Assembly (NCBI GenBank): GCA_017427405.1
Contig: JAFRSV010000014.1
Location: 9,490-73,489 of the forward strand
DNA: 64,000 nt
Source: Alphaproteobacteria bacterium
GTDB taxonomy: Bacteria; Pseudomonadota; Alphaproteobacteria; Rs-D84
Direction: 5' to 3'
The notes below the pieces were generated by a model, which ran no database searches, had not been told where the DNA came from, and saw only the letters and a program-made list of their open reading frames with translations. The position numbers and the translations under genes were made by a program. This document shows, one piece after another, positions 25,701 to 34,227 of this stretch; the stretch's first letter is position 1; each line of letters begins with the position of its first letter.

Positions 25701-26930
25701 TTGGAAAAAATTGCGAAAATCAATAAAGACCGCGATGAAGAAGTTCAAATCATGGAAAAGGGTTTTGCCGATCAAATCTTCCAAATTGCCGAAGGTCATA
25801 CGATTGAATCTGGCACGGGCAGTTTGAAACCGTTTATCGGTAAAAAATTGAATCAGGAAGTGTTCGATGCAATTAAACCGTCGGACTTTAAAAAGATGGT
25901 TATTTCCGATAAAGAGGCCCAGACAAAAATCGAAGAAATTCGTGATGTGCACATATTGACACTGAAACAGTTGAACGAAAATGCCGACCGTGAAATCGAA
26001 AAGGCAACGGAAAGCAATTCATTGAACGCCGGTGTTTTGAAAGAGGTTAAGGTTTACATCGCGCATAAAATGAAATTGCAACCGGGCGATAAAATGGCGG
26101 GACGTCACGGGAACAAGGGTATCGTTTCACGCGTTGTTCCAATCGAAGATATGCCACATATGGAAGACGGAACACCGGTTGACCTTGTGTTGAATCCACT
26201 TGGCGTGCCAAGTCGTATGAATTTTGGTCAAATTTTGGAAACACACCTTGGTATGGCGGCGCGCACGCTTGGTGAACAAATCGGTGCCGTGTTGGATGCG
26301 GTTAAACAAAAACGTGCGGTGACGGACGATTTGCGTGCGGTCATGGGCAAGATTTATGGCAAAGATATGGCGGAAAAATTGGCCAAGATGACCGATACCG
26401 ATGTTCGTGCCAATGCCGCGTTGCTGCGCGATGGTGTGCCAATGGCAACCCCAACATTCGATGGCGCGAACGCCGAAGATATTCGCCGTATGTTGAGATT
26501 GGCGAATTTACCTGAAACGGGTCAGTTCACATTATATGACGGTGTGACCGGTGAAAAGTTTGCACGTCCGGTGACCGTTGGTGTGATGTATATGTTGAAA
26601 TTGCATCACTTTGTGGACGAAAAGATTCACGCGCGTTCAACCGCAAGTTATTCACTTGTCACGCAACAGCCATTGTCCGGTAAGGCGCACATGGGTGGCC
26701 AGCGTTTGGGTGAAATGGAGGTTTGGGCACTAGAAGCGCACGGTGCTGCGCACTTGCTGCGTGAAATGCTTACGGTAAAGTCGGACGATATTGTTGGTCG
26801 TAACAAGATGTATGAATCCATCATTTCCGGCAGTGACGATATCCAAACCGGCACGCCTGAGGCATTTAACGTGTTCGTTCGCGAATTGCGTGGATTGGGT
26901 CTGGCAATGACGCCAAAGAAAATCGATTAA
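22794..26930 (+). CDS. rpoB: DNA-directed RNA polymerase subunit beta
   Basis: About 1378 aa. Conserved blocks SQLSQFMD, GPGGL, NMQRQAVP, GDKMAGRHGNKG, MNFGQILETHLG. ATG at 22794 (MAVIQKLRKSFGK) is preferred over the track start. Confidence 0.95.
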   Translation: MAVIQKLRKSFGKSFLQTPLPDLIEIQYNSYKEFLQGDVAPQNRKNKGLQSVFTSMFPIKDYAGAAELEFVEYNLEKPAYNVKECLARKMTYSSKLKLKLKLILWDVAEDGKKSLRDIKEQEIFMGEVPLMTERGSFIASGVERVIVSQMHRAQGVVFATTKEAKVAGNPITYTARIIPEHGSWIDFEESKGIIYVRIDRRRKVPATVLLRCLPCAEDEKKWKDEPRKPTIRGMSDTEILSSFYKRIALKNNGKLWVGDTSVFEGLDKYRLNYDLLNPKDKKELAAKGDRLNAKRLSKIMAASKQFGILPDALVGEYLFDPITSAGEVIYPSGTEITEEVLADIEKLGIKEISLISIDNTTITAHMRNTLVADKTANREDALIEIYNIIRPGERPTLEAAINLFMRQGFEPAYYDLSAVGRFKMNKRLKIDSGKKPEDERLLTKTDFLAVLKTLTNIIDHKDTIDDIDNLSNRRVRTVGELLEQNFRTGMVRIERLVREALSSPNIATMQPQDVVNVNPLMSLVAEFLGTSQLSQFMDAYNPLSELEHKRRISALGPGGLNRERAGIDVRDVHPTHYGRLCPINTPEGANIGLINHLASYARVNPYGFIETPYYVVENSKITDKMVYLTADEELGHKIAQGNTPTNDKGVLTEEMVTARVDGEFTRVPRDEIDLIDVEPRQVVSISTGLIPFVENDDANRALMGSNMQRQAVPLMRVQTPLVGTGIEREVARDSRTGKVAKHSGIVESADANRIVVKCMNSRNVVTGVDIYNLEKYERSNNDTILHQKPLVHAGDRISAGDIIADGSSMNYGELALGRNVLVAFVPWRGYNYEDSIVISERISRDDVFTSVKIVEKEIKVRDTQLGPESLTRDIPNVSEEALKNLDESGIIYIGARVKQGDILVGHVSPKSETLLTPEEALLRNIFGEKALNVKDTSLRVGPNEEGTVIGVNILTRHGVKKDERTQMIELEKIAKINKDRDEEVQIMEKGFADQIFQIAEGHTIESGTGSLKPFIGKKLNQEVFDAIKPSDFKKMVISDKEAQTKIEEIRDVHILTLKQLNENADREIEKATESNSLNAGVLKEVKVYIAHKMKLQPGDKMAGRHGNKGIVSRVVPIEDMPHMEDGTPVDLVLNPLGVPSRMNFGQILETHLGMAARTLGEQIGAVLDAVKQKRAVTDDLRAVMGKIYGKDMAEKLAKMTDTDVRANAALLRDGVPMATPTFDGANAEDIRRMLRLANLPETGQFTLYDGVTGEKFARPVTVGVMYMLKLHHFVDEKIHARSTASYSLVTQQPLSGKAHMGGQRLGEMEVWALEAHGAAHLLREMLTVKSDDIVGRNKMYESIISGSDDIQTGTPEAFNVFVRELRGLGLAMTPKKID

Positions 26931-27010
26931 AGTGTTAGTGCAAGTGGTTAGTGGTTAGTAAAAAAATACTAACCATCACTAACCACTAACACTGACCACT
27001 AACCACTAAG
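26931..27010. repeat. Long imperfect hairpin of GTGGTTAGT/ACTAACCAC units filling the rpoB-rpoC spacer
   Basis: Left arm 26931-26959 (agtgttagtgcaagtggttagtggttagt), A7T loop, right arm 26968-26993 (actaaccatcactaaccactaacact), then two further direct CCACTAA units up to the rpoC RBS. Confidence 0.7.
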
Positions 27011-27026
27011 TAAGGAGCTTAGAAAA

Positions 27027-30000
27027 ATGGCAAATATGTTGCAAAAGATATTTGGGCAAATTGAAACAAGGGAACAATTTGATGCGTTACGCGTGACAAT
27101 CGCATCGCCAGAAGAAATTCTTTCTTGGTCACATGGCGAAGTCACAAAACCCGAAACCATCAATTATCATTCGTTGAAACCGGAACCGGATGGATTGTTC
27201 TGTCAAAAGATTTTCGGACCCGTCAAAGATTACGAATGTGCATGCGGAAAATATAAAAGAATCAAATTCCGCGGTGTTATCTGCGAACGTTGCGGTGTCG
27301 AAGTTGGATCATCGTCTGTTCGTCGTGAACGTATGGGCCATATCAAATTGGCAATGCCGGTCGCGCATACTTGGTTCTTGCGTGAAGGTAAAATTGCAAC
27401 ATTGTTAAATAACCTGTCACAAAAGAAATTGGAACAGGTTGTATCGTATGATGCATACATCGTTATTGAACCGGGCCTTACGAACCTTAAACAATACGAT
27501 GTTATTAGTGAAGATGAATATCGCGCCGCGGTCGAAGAATATGGTCCGGATGCGTTCCGTGTTGGTATCGGTGCCGAAGGCGTGCGCAGTATTATTGCAA
27601 ACCTTGATATGGGTGACGAAAGAACACGTTTGCGTGCGGAATTGGCGGAAACTAAATCCGAAGCAAAACGCAAATCTATTATGAAACAATTAAAGTTGGT
27701 CGAAGCGTTCTTGGATTCCAAAACCGAACCGCAATGGATGTTGCCGGATATTATTCCGGTTATTCCGCCAGATATGCGACCGCTTGTCACATTGGACGCG
27801 GGACATGTTGCGGCATCTGATTTGAACGATTTGTATCGTCGTGTGATTATCCGCAATAACCGTTTGAAACGGTTTATGGAAATGCATGCGCCTGAAATCA
27901 TCGTCCGTAATGAAAAGCGTATGTTGCAAGAAGCGGTCGATTCATTGTTTGACAATGAACACAAGGCGCGTCCGATGGTTTCACAAAATCGTCGTCCGCT
28001 TAAATCTTTGTCGGGTGCGTTGCATGGTAAATCTGGGCGTTTCCGTATGCATATGCTTGGTAAACGTGTGGATTATTCCGGGCGCAGTGTGATTGTGTCC
28101 GGCCCATCGTTAAAGATGCATCAGGTTGGCTTGCCCAAGGCGATGGCGTTGGAATTATTCAAACCATTTGTGTTTGCGCGCCTTATGGCGGGTGATTTCG
28201 CCAATACATTAAAGACTGCACGCAAAATGGTTGAAAACGGCGAACCGGTTGTGTGGGATATTTTGGAAAAGGTTATACATGAACATCCCGTTTTGTTGAA
28301 CCGTGCGCCGACGTTGCACCGTTTGTCACTTTTGGCATTTGAACCCGTTTTAATCGAAGGCAAGGCAATTCGTTTGCACCCGTTGGTCTGTGCGGGATTT
28401 AACGCCGACTTTGACGGTGACCAAATGGCCGTGCACGTTCCAATTTCATTAGAGGCACAGTTAGAAGCGCGCACATTGATGCTTTCGACAAACAACATTT
28501 TGTCGCCGGCAAATGGTCAACCAATGACCGTTCCGTCACAGGACATGGTGTTGGGTATTTACTATATTTCGTTGATTGACGGCGAACATACCGACAAATC
28601 GCCACGTTTCAGCGGTATGGACGAAGTCGAAATGGCGTTGGAAAACAAGAGTATCACATTGCATACGCCGATTGTCGCACGCATCAACGGTAAAATATAC
28701 AAAACAACCGCGGGTCGTATGATTATTGGTCAATTGCTGCCGAAATCCGATAATATGCCGTTCGATTTGGTGAACAAGGTTATGGGTCAACCGGATATCA
28801 AGGCGTTGTTGTCAACGACATATGAACGCTGTGGTGACAAGGCGATGATTTTACTTGCCGATGCATTAAAGAATACTGGATTTGAACAGGCGGCACGCAG
28901 TGGTATTTCAATCGGATACGAAGATGTCGTTATTCCCGAAGAAAAAGAACAAATGATTGCTGATACCGAAGAGGCCGCAAAAGATATTGAAGATCAATAT
29001 CAAAACGGTTTGTTGTCGGCGGGCGAACGTTATAATAAATTGATTGACCTTTGGTCGAAAACGACCGACCGTCTTGGTGATTTGTCGTTTGCGGCACTTG
29101 GTAAATCCGAAGGCGACAATTGGAATTCCATCTATATGATGGCTGATTCCAAGGCGCGTGGTTCTAAACGTCAGATTCAACAGCTTGCCGGTATGCGTGG
29201 TATGATGTCAAAGCCCGACGGTTCGATTATCGAAGTTCCGATTATTTCAAACTTTAAGGAAGGTTTGACCATGGCGGAATACTTTACATCAACGCACGGT
29301 GCGCGCAAGGGTCTGTCGGACACCGCGTTGAAAACGGCCCAGGCGGGTTATTTGACGCGTCGTTTGGTTGACTTGGCGTTGAATACCGTTATTACCGAAC
29401 ACGATTGCGGAACATCTGAATTTATTACCGCAAAACCTGTGTACCAGGGCAGTACACTGTCCGTTCCGCTTGGTGATGTCGTTTTGGGCCGCACCGTGGC
29501 GCATGACGTTATCCACCCGATTACCAAGGAAGTTATCGTCCCGGCCGGCGAATTGGTGACCAAGGCCGCTGCGCGCAAGATAAATGAATCCGGCTTGCCC
29601 AGTGTTGATGTGCGCAGTGTCCTTACCTGTTGCAGTGACGGTCTGTGCGCAAAGTGCTATGGTATGGACTTGTCGCGCCAGTCATTGGTTCATGTGGGCG
29701 AAGCCGTCGGCGTCGTTGCGGGTCAATCCATTGGTGAACCAGGAACTCAGTTGACATTGCGTACCTTCCACATCGGTGGTATTGCGTCGGGCGGAACCGA
29801 AAGTCACTATATCGAAGTTCCGGTCGCCGGCAAGATTAAATTGATTGGTGTGAACACAATTAAAAATTCTGCGGGCCGCGTGGTTGTTCTTTCGCGTAAT
29901 GGGAAAATCGCGGTTGAATCACCGTCTGGCGAAGAATTGTTTAGTTGCGGTTTGCCGTACGCATCTATGTTGATTGTGAACGAAGGCGACAGTGTCGAAA

Positions 30001-31136
30001 AAGGTGCCAAGGTTGCCGAATGGGATCCATATTCCAACACAATCATCGCGGAAAAAGACGGTATTGTGAACTTTAACGATTTGGTCGAAAATGTTTCGTT
30101 CCAAGAAGAAGTTGACGCAACAACCGGTATCGTTTCGCGCAAGGTTATAAATTGGAAACTGAACACGAAAAAGGCAATGCAACCCGCAATTCGTTTGGTA
30201 AATGACAAGGGCGATGTCCTTTCGCTTGGCGGGAAAAAGGTTGCGGAATACTTGTTGCCCATTCATTCGGTTTTGAACGTTGCAAATGGTGCAACGGTTG
30301 CGGCGGGTGATATTTTGGCACGCATCCCGGTCCAGGCAAAGCGTACGGGCGATATTACCGGTGGTTTGCCGCGGGTTGAAGAATTATTGGAAGTTCGTCG
30401 TCCGTCCAACCCGGCATTGCTTGCGGAAATCGATGGGACGGTCGAATTGGAAGATGCAAAATCAAAAATCATTATCCGTATTGAACCCGATGACGGAACC
30501 GCACCGGTCGAATATGCGGTGCCAAAGGGAACAAACCTGTTGGTGCGCAGTGGCGATGTCGTCAAAAAGGCGGATAAATTGGTCGATGGTGACCCCGTTC
30601 CGCAAGACATCTTGCGTATTTTGGGGCAAAAGGCACTTGCGACATTTATGGTTGAACAAATTCAACAGGTTTACCGGCTTCAGGGTGTGTCCATCAACGA
30701 TAAACACATCGAAATTTTGATTCGTGAAATGACGCGTCGTGTGGAAATCACCGACCCCGGCGACACAAGTTTCCTGACCGGACACGTTGTTGACCGCGTT
30801 GATTTCGAAGAAGAAAACGCGCGTGTTGTCCACGATGGTGGTCGCCCGGCGGTCGCGTCCCAGGTTCTGGTTGGACTTACCCGTGCATCGCTGACCACAC
30901 GTTCGTTCATATCGAACGCATCGTTCCAACAAACGACCAAGGTTTTGGTGGATGCGGCAATCAATGGTTCAACCGATAAATTGGTCGGTATAAATGAAAA
31001 CGTGATTGTTGGTCGTCTTATTCCGATTGGAACGGGCGCATACGTCCGTCGCGTGCGTGAAATTGCGCGGGCCGAAGAAAAGGCCGAACGCATCGCACGT
31101 GAAGGTGGCGAAAACCAACAATTGCTGGATTTGTAA
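27027..31136 (+). CDS. rpoC: DNA-directed RNA polymerase subunit beta'
   Basis: 1369 aa. Zn-binding CACGKYKRIKFRGVICERCGVEV, catalytic NADFDGDQMAVH, and conserved C-terminal blocks. Confidence 0.95.
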   Translation: MANMLQKIFGQIETREQFDALRVTIASPEEILSWSHGEVTKPETINYHSLKPEPDGLFCQKIFGPVKDYECACGKYKRIKFRGVICERCGVEVGSSSVRRERMGHIKLAMPVAHTWFLREGKIATLLNNLSQKKLEQVVSYDAYIVIEPGLTNLKQYDVISEDEYRAAVEEYGPDAFRVGIGAEGVRSIIANLDMGDERTRLRAELAETKSEAKRKSIMKQLKLVEAFLDSKTEPQWMLPDIIPVIPPDMRPLVTLDAGHVAASDLNDLYRRVIIRNNRLKRFMEMHAPEIIVRNEKRMLQEAVDSLFDNEHKARPMVSQNRRPLKSLSGALHGKSGRFRMHMLGKRVDYSGRSVIVSGPSLKMHQVGLPKAMALELFKPFVFARLMAGDFANTLKTARKMVENGEPVVWDILEKVIHEHPVLLNRAPTLHRLSLLAFEPVLIEGKAIRLHPLVCAGFNADFDGDQMAVHVPISLEAQLEARTLMLSTNNILSPANGQPMTVPSQDMVLGIYYISLIDGEHTDKSPRFSGMDEVEMALENKSITLHTPIVARINGKIYKTTAGRMIIGQLLPKSDNMPFDLVNKVMGQPDIKALLSTTYERCGDKAMILLADALKNTGFEQAARSGISIGYEDVVIPEEKEQMIADTEEAAKDIEDQYQNGLLSAGERYNKLIDLWSKTTDRLGDLSFAALGKSEGDNWNSIYMMADSKARGSKRQIQQLAGMRGMMSKPDGSIIEVPIISNFKEGLTMAEYFTSTHGARKGLSDTALKTAQAGYLTRRLVDLALNTVITEHDCGTSEFITAKPVYQGSTLSVPLGDVVLGRTVAHDVIHPITKEVIVPAGELVTKAAARKINESGLPSVDVRSVLTCCSDGLCAKCYGMDLSRQSLVHVGEAVGVVAGQSIGEPGTQLTLRTFHIGGIASGGTESHYIEVPVAGKIKLIGVNTIKNSAGRVVVLSRNGKIAVESPSGEELFSCGLPYASMLIVNEGDSVEKGAKVAEWDPYSNTIIAEKDGIVNFNDLVENVSFQEEVDATTGIVSRKVINWKLNTKKAMQPAIRLVNDKGDVLSLGGKKVAEYLLPIHSVLNVANGATVAAGDILARIPVQAKRTGDITGGLPRVEELLEVRRPSNPALLAEIDGTVELEDAKSKIIIRIEPDDGTAPVEYAVPKGTNLLVRSGDVVKKADKLVDGDPVPQDILRILGQKALATFMVEQIQQVYRLQGVSINDKHIEILIREMTRRVEITDPGDTSFLTGHVVDRVDFEEENARVVHDGGRPAVASQVLVGLTRASLTTRSFISNASFQQTTKVLVDAAINGSTDKLVGINENVIVGRLIPIGTGAYVRRVREIARAEEKAERIAREGGENQQLLDL

Positions 31137-31238
31137 AGTGTAAAGGTGGTTGGTGTGGTTCCCCTCTGGCTAGAGGGGTGCCCGAAGGGCGTGGTGTCGC
31201 TCTCTCACTAGCCACCAACACTTACACTAATCACTAAC
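31137..31238. repeat. Structured spacer after rpoC with a GC hairpin and CACTAAC-type repeats
   Basis: Perfect hairpin cccctct-ggct-agagggg (31161-31178) and gcccgaagggc, then cactagccaccaacacttacactaatcactaac, related to the repeats at 26931, 53831, 11749 and 42460. Confidence 0.55.
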
Positions 31239-31247
31239 AATTTTTCC

Positions 31248-31275
31248 TTGCAAATGGGCAAGAATTGGATAGAAT
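31248..31275 (+). promoter_or_regulatory. Candidate sigma70 promoter for rpmF-plsX
   Basis: TTGCAA-N16-TAGAAT, about 30 nt upstream of the rpmF ATG. Confidence 0.4.
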
Positions 31276-31305
31276 TAACAACTGTCGAATAAAAGGATAG
31301 AAAAA

Positions 31306-31455
31306 ATGGCAACGCCAAGAAGTAAAACAAGTAAAGCACGCAGCGCACAACGTCGTTCACATGATGCATTATCTGTGATGCCGTGCGGCGTGTGCAAAAC
31401 ATGTGGCGAAAAGAAACGTCCACATCACATTTGCCCGGCTTGCGGTGCAAAATAA
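31306..31455 (+). CDS. rpmF: 50S ribosomal protein L32
   Basis: Not in the ORF track (49 aa). Hand translation: MATPRSKTSKARSAQRRSHDALSVMPCGVCKTCGEKKRPHHICPACGAK. L32 signature and canonical position upstream of plsX. RBS AAAGGA. Confidence 0.85.
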   Translation: MATPRSKTSKARSAQRRSHDALSVMPCGVCKTCGEKKRPHHICPACGAK

Positions 31456-31512
31456 TAAACAAAATATATGCAGATTGGGCGCATTCGTGTGCCCTTCTGT
31501 ATTTCTAAAACA

Positions 31513-32571
31513 ATGTCCGACAACGATAAAAAAATTATTGCGATTGATGCGATGGGAGGCGACCGTGGGCCGGCCGCGGTGCTGGGCGGTATAAATCAGT
31601 TTTTGTACCAGCACGGTGAATCGCACACTGTTTTCCGTATCTTTGGCGATGAAAAATTGTTACGCAAATTGCTTGCGAAATATCCGCGTGTTGCGCGTAA
31701 TTCCACGGTGATTGATGCGCCGGATGTTATTCGTGGCACGGATAAAATTCGCGATGTAATCCGCCACGCGCAAAATACTTCGATGTATATGGCGATAAAG
31801 GACGTGCGCGAAGGGAACGCTGCCGCGGTGGTCAGTTCCGGGAACACCGGCGTTTTAATGTCGCTTTCGAAACTTGCACTAAAGACCGTTGATGGGATTT
31901 CGCGCCCGGCGATTACGACAATGTTGCCATCGGGTGCGGGCGATTCACGTGTGGTTGTGCTTGATTTGGGTGCAAACGTGCAATGCGATGCGGAAAACCT
32001 GTTTGACTTTGCCATTTTGGGCAGTGTTTATGCCGAAATCATCGGTAAAATGTCACGTCCGAAACTGGGGGTGCTAAATATCGGCGAAGAAGAAACCAAG
32101 GGCAACGAAACATTGCAACATATAAACAAATTGCTGACCGCGCACCGTGCGGAATTGCCGTTCGAATACCTTGGGTTTGTGGAACCGACGGACATCAGTG
32201 TCGGCCGGGTCCAGGTTGTAGTCACCGACGGATTTACCGGCAACATCGTTTTGAAAACTGTCGAAGGTACGGCGAAACTTATCAAACGCGTTATATCTGA
32301 AAATATGAAGAAATCGTGGCTTGCGATAATCGGTGCGTTTTTCCTGGTGCACGTGTTCAAACGGTTAAAACATAAAATTGATCCGCGTTCCTATGCGGGC
32401 GCGACATTTTTGGGGTTAAAGGGTTTTGTTGTTAAAACACACGGAAATTCGGATGCGCTGGCGTTCGCAAATGCGATACAATATGCGTCTGAATTCGCAA
32501 AGAAAGATTTGAACGATATCATCGGTGGCCGCGTTGCAAACCTTGCCCACATCCGTTCGGAATTACAATAA
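31513..32571 (+). CDS. plsX: Phosphate acyltransferase PlsX
   Basis: IAIDAMGGDRGP N-terminus, SSGNTG, and VVTDGFTGNIVLKT. Internal ATG at 31513 (MSDNDKKIIAID). Confidence 0.9.
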   Translation: MSDNDKKIIAIDAMGGDRGPAAVLGGINQFLYQHGESHTVFRIFGDEKLLRKLLAKYPRVARNSTVIDAPDVIRGTDKIRDVIRHAQNTSMYMAIKDVREGNAAAVVSSGNTGVLMSLSKLALKTVDGISRPAITTMLPSGAGDSRVVVLDLGANVQCDAENLFDFAILGSVYAEIIGKMSRPKLGVLNIGEEETKGNETLQHINKLLTAHRAELPFEYLGFVEPTDISVGRVQVVVTDGFTGNIVLKTVEGTAKLIKRVISENMKKSWLAIIGAFFLVHVFKRLKHKIDPRSYAGATFLGLKGFVVKTHGNSDALAFANAIQYASEFAKKDLNDIIGGRVANLAHIRSELQ

Positions 32572-32819
32572 TATTTCTGTTGAATTTTTACCCATCATTA
32601 TGTTAGGATACCACTGGTATCGGCGGTTGTCGTTACCTGGGGATTCCAAACCCATTACATAGATATCAGCGATGATATAAAAAATCTCCAACCGGTTGGT
32701 TGGAGTGTGTGAATATATCGAATAAGCACGACAATTTCTATGTATTGTCTTGGAAACTCCAACCCATTATTTTGCTTAATGGGTATTTTTATAACAAAAA
32801 ATAACCAAAGGAGAAAAAA

Positions 32820-33530
32820 ATGAAAAAATGTTTAATAATAACACCGGTTGTTTGTGCTTGTTTGAATTCGGCATTTGCAAAAAATAGTGCCCCGAATGTA
32901 AAACAATACAATGACGCCGACGTTTACTATGATGAGAATTATGTATATTACAATCGCCCCAGGGTAGATTATGCCGATTTATATAATGAAAAAAAACAAA
33001 AAAACGAAAGTGGTTCCGTGCGTGGATACTTGGGGGTCGGGTTCCTTGGTCAGGCTGTAAATGAAAAATTATATGTTAATGATATAGAATTTGCGAGTGC
33101 GGATATAAGTGGGGTTGGATTAAATCTTAACGGCGGTATAAAGACAAAATATTTTAGAATCGGTTTAGATGTGAGTTCAACAGTTGGTGAAGGTGAAACA
33201 GTTGGCGAAGGTGAAATGTCTGGATATTATTCTACGTTTGATGTTAATGTAGTGAAATATTCAATAGAATTAGCCGGAATAATAAAATGCGGTGAACATT
33301 TTGATTTGGAACTTGGGGGTACTATTGGTAGGGGCAGATTCCAGATAGAAGATGATTGGTCTGATTGGATGACACCATACGGTTTGATATTGGGGGCTAC
33401 TGTAAATTTCAATGCACATCATGCGTTGACACTAGCGTTAAAGGGGTATGGATATTCCTATGACGGAGATTATTATGAAGAAAAGGGTTCTGTTGGGGAA
33501 TTTGTTGTTGGGTACAGATATTCTTTCTAG
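32820..33530 (+). CDS. Outer-membrane beta-barrel protein (small OMP, Opa/OmpA-beta-barrel-like)
   Basis: Signal peptide MKKCLIITPVVCACLNSAFA, alternating amphipathic strands, and a C-terminal YRYSF aromatic terminus typical of BAM substrates. RBS AAAGGAG. Confidence 0.65.
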   Translation: MKKCLIITPVVCACLNSAFAKNSAPNVKQYNDADVYYDENYVYYNRPRVDYADLYNEKKQKNESGSVRGYLGVGFLGQAVNEKLYVNDIEFASADISGVGLNLNGGIKTKYFRIGLDVSSTVGEGETVGEGEMSGYYSTFDVNVVKYSIELAGIIKCGEHFDLELGGTIGRGRFQIEDDWSDWMTPYGLILGATVNFNAHHALTLALKGYGYSYDGDYYEEKGSVGEFVVGYRYSF

Positions 33531-33559
33531 GGATGTTTTGTAGAAATTTTCTATGGTTT

Positions 33560-33592
33560 ACAAAAAACATCGTCGGCAATTACTTGCCGACG
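33560..33592 (-). terminator. Intrinsic terminator (minus strand) after the 112-aa gene, possibly bidirectional
   Basis: cgtcggcaa-gtaa-ttgccgacg followed on the minus strand by atgTTTTTTg. The plus side is preceded by an A-run. Confidence 0.55.
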
Positions 33593-33631
33593 TGCTCTCC
33601 TTCCTTCCGGAAACCGGAAACTTTTTTGGGC

Positions 33632-33970
33632 CTATGCCGCCATTGCGACGGTGCCGTTTGATTTACCTTCGTCCGCGTCCATTATACGTTTTGCCTCTGC
33701 AAAGACCATTTCTTTGACGCGCAACGCCAAATCACGTGTTTCAAGCGATTCCGCGGCGACATCGAAATTGTCGGTTCGAATTTGCAATGACACATACGCA
33801 CCAATCAACGACGGGCGCGGCAAATCTTCAATCGAACGTGGTGCGTTGTTGTGACCGATTTGCAATTCATCGCTAAGCGAAATAATTTGCCGGTCGGCGT
33901 TTACCCACACGGTTGTGCTAAGCACTTTGTGCAGCGCAATCATGATTTCTTTGATGTTTTTTTGTTGCAT
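33632..33970 (-). CDS. Hypothetical protein, 112 aa
   Basis: Strong RBS (AAAGGAGGGA) 8 nt before the ATG. No recognisable motif. Confidence 0.55.
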   Translation of the reverse strand: MQQKNIKEIMIALHKVLSTTVWVNADRQIISLSDELQIGHNNAPRSIEDLPRPSLIGAYVSLQIRTDNFDVAAESLETRDLALRVKEMVFAEAKRIMDADEGKSNGTVAMAA

Positions 33971-34227
33971 GTGTGTCCCTCCTTTCTGGGTGTTTTATTT
34001 GAATCTTAGCCGGAATTTGTATTTACATCGTGTATTTACATTTTGCCGACAAAAAATTCCAAATTGTTCATTATTTTGCCCGAAAATCCGCGGTTTTTGC
34101 AAACTTTCGAACGATTTTCCTCTGGTCCCGTTGTCTATACAGTGATGATAGAATAAAAACGAATCGCCGGTCAAGCAAAAAAAATAAATAAATGAAAAAA
34201 AATTAAAAAATTTTTAACCGATTGTAT

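Noticed and set aside
26931-27010. The CACTAACCAC repeat clusters as a CRISPR array
   Set aside because: The units are only 7-9 nt and directly abutting or inverted, with no 25-40-nt spacers. No cas genes are present. The copies are dispersed as singletons at gene ends.
27230-27964. 244-aa minus-strand ORF
   Set aside because: It is antisense to rpoC. Its composition is typical of an antisense frame and it has no motifs.
32572-32819. The 248-nt plsX-OMP spacer as a riboswitch or small RNA (palindrome ctccaaccggttggttggag; repeated CCAA(A)CCCATTA)
   Set aside because: I could not match it to any riboswitch or sRNA consensus I know. The features are compatible with ordinary promoter and terminator elements. 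It is left unannotated.
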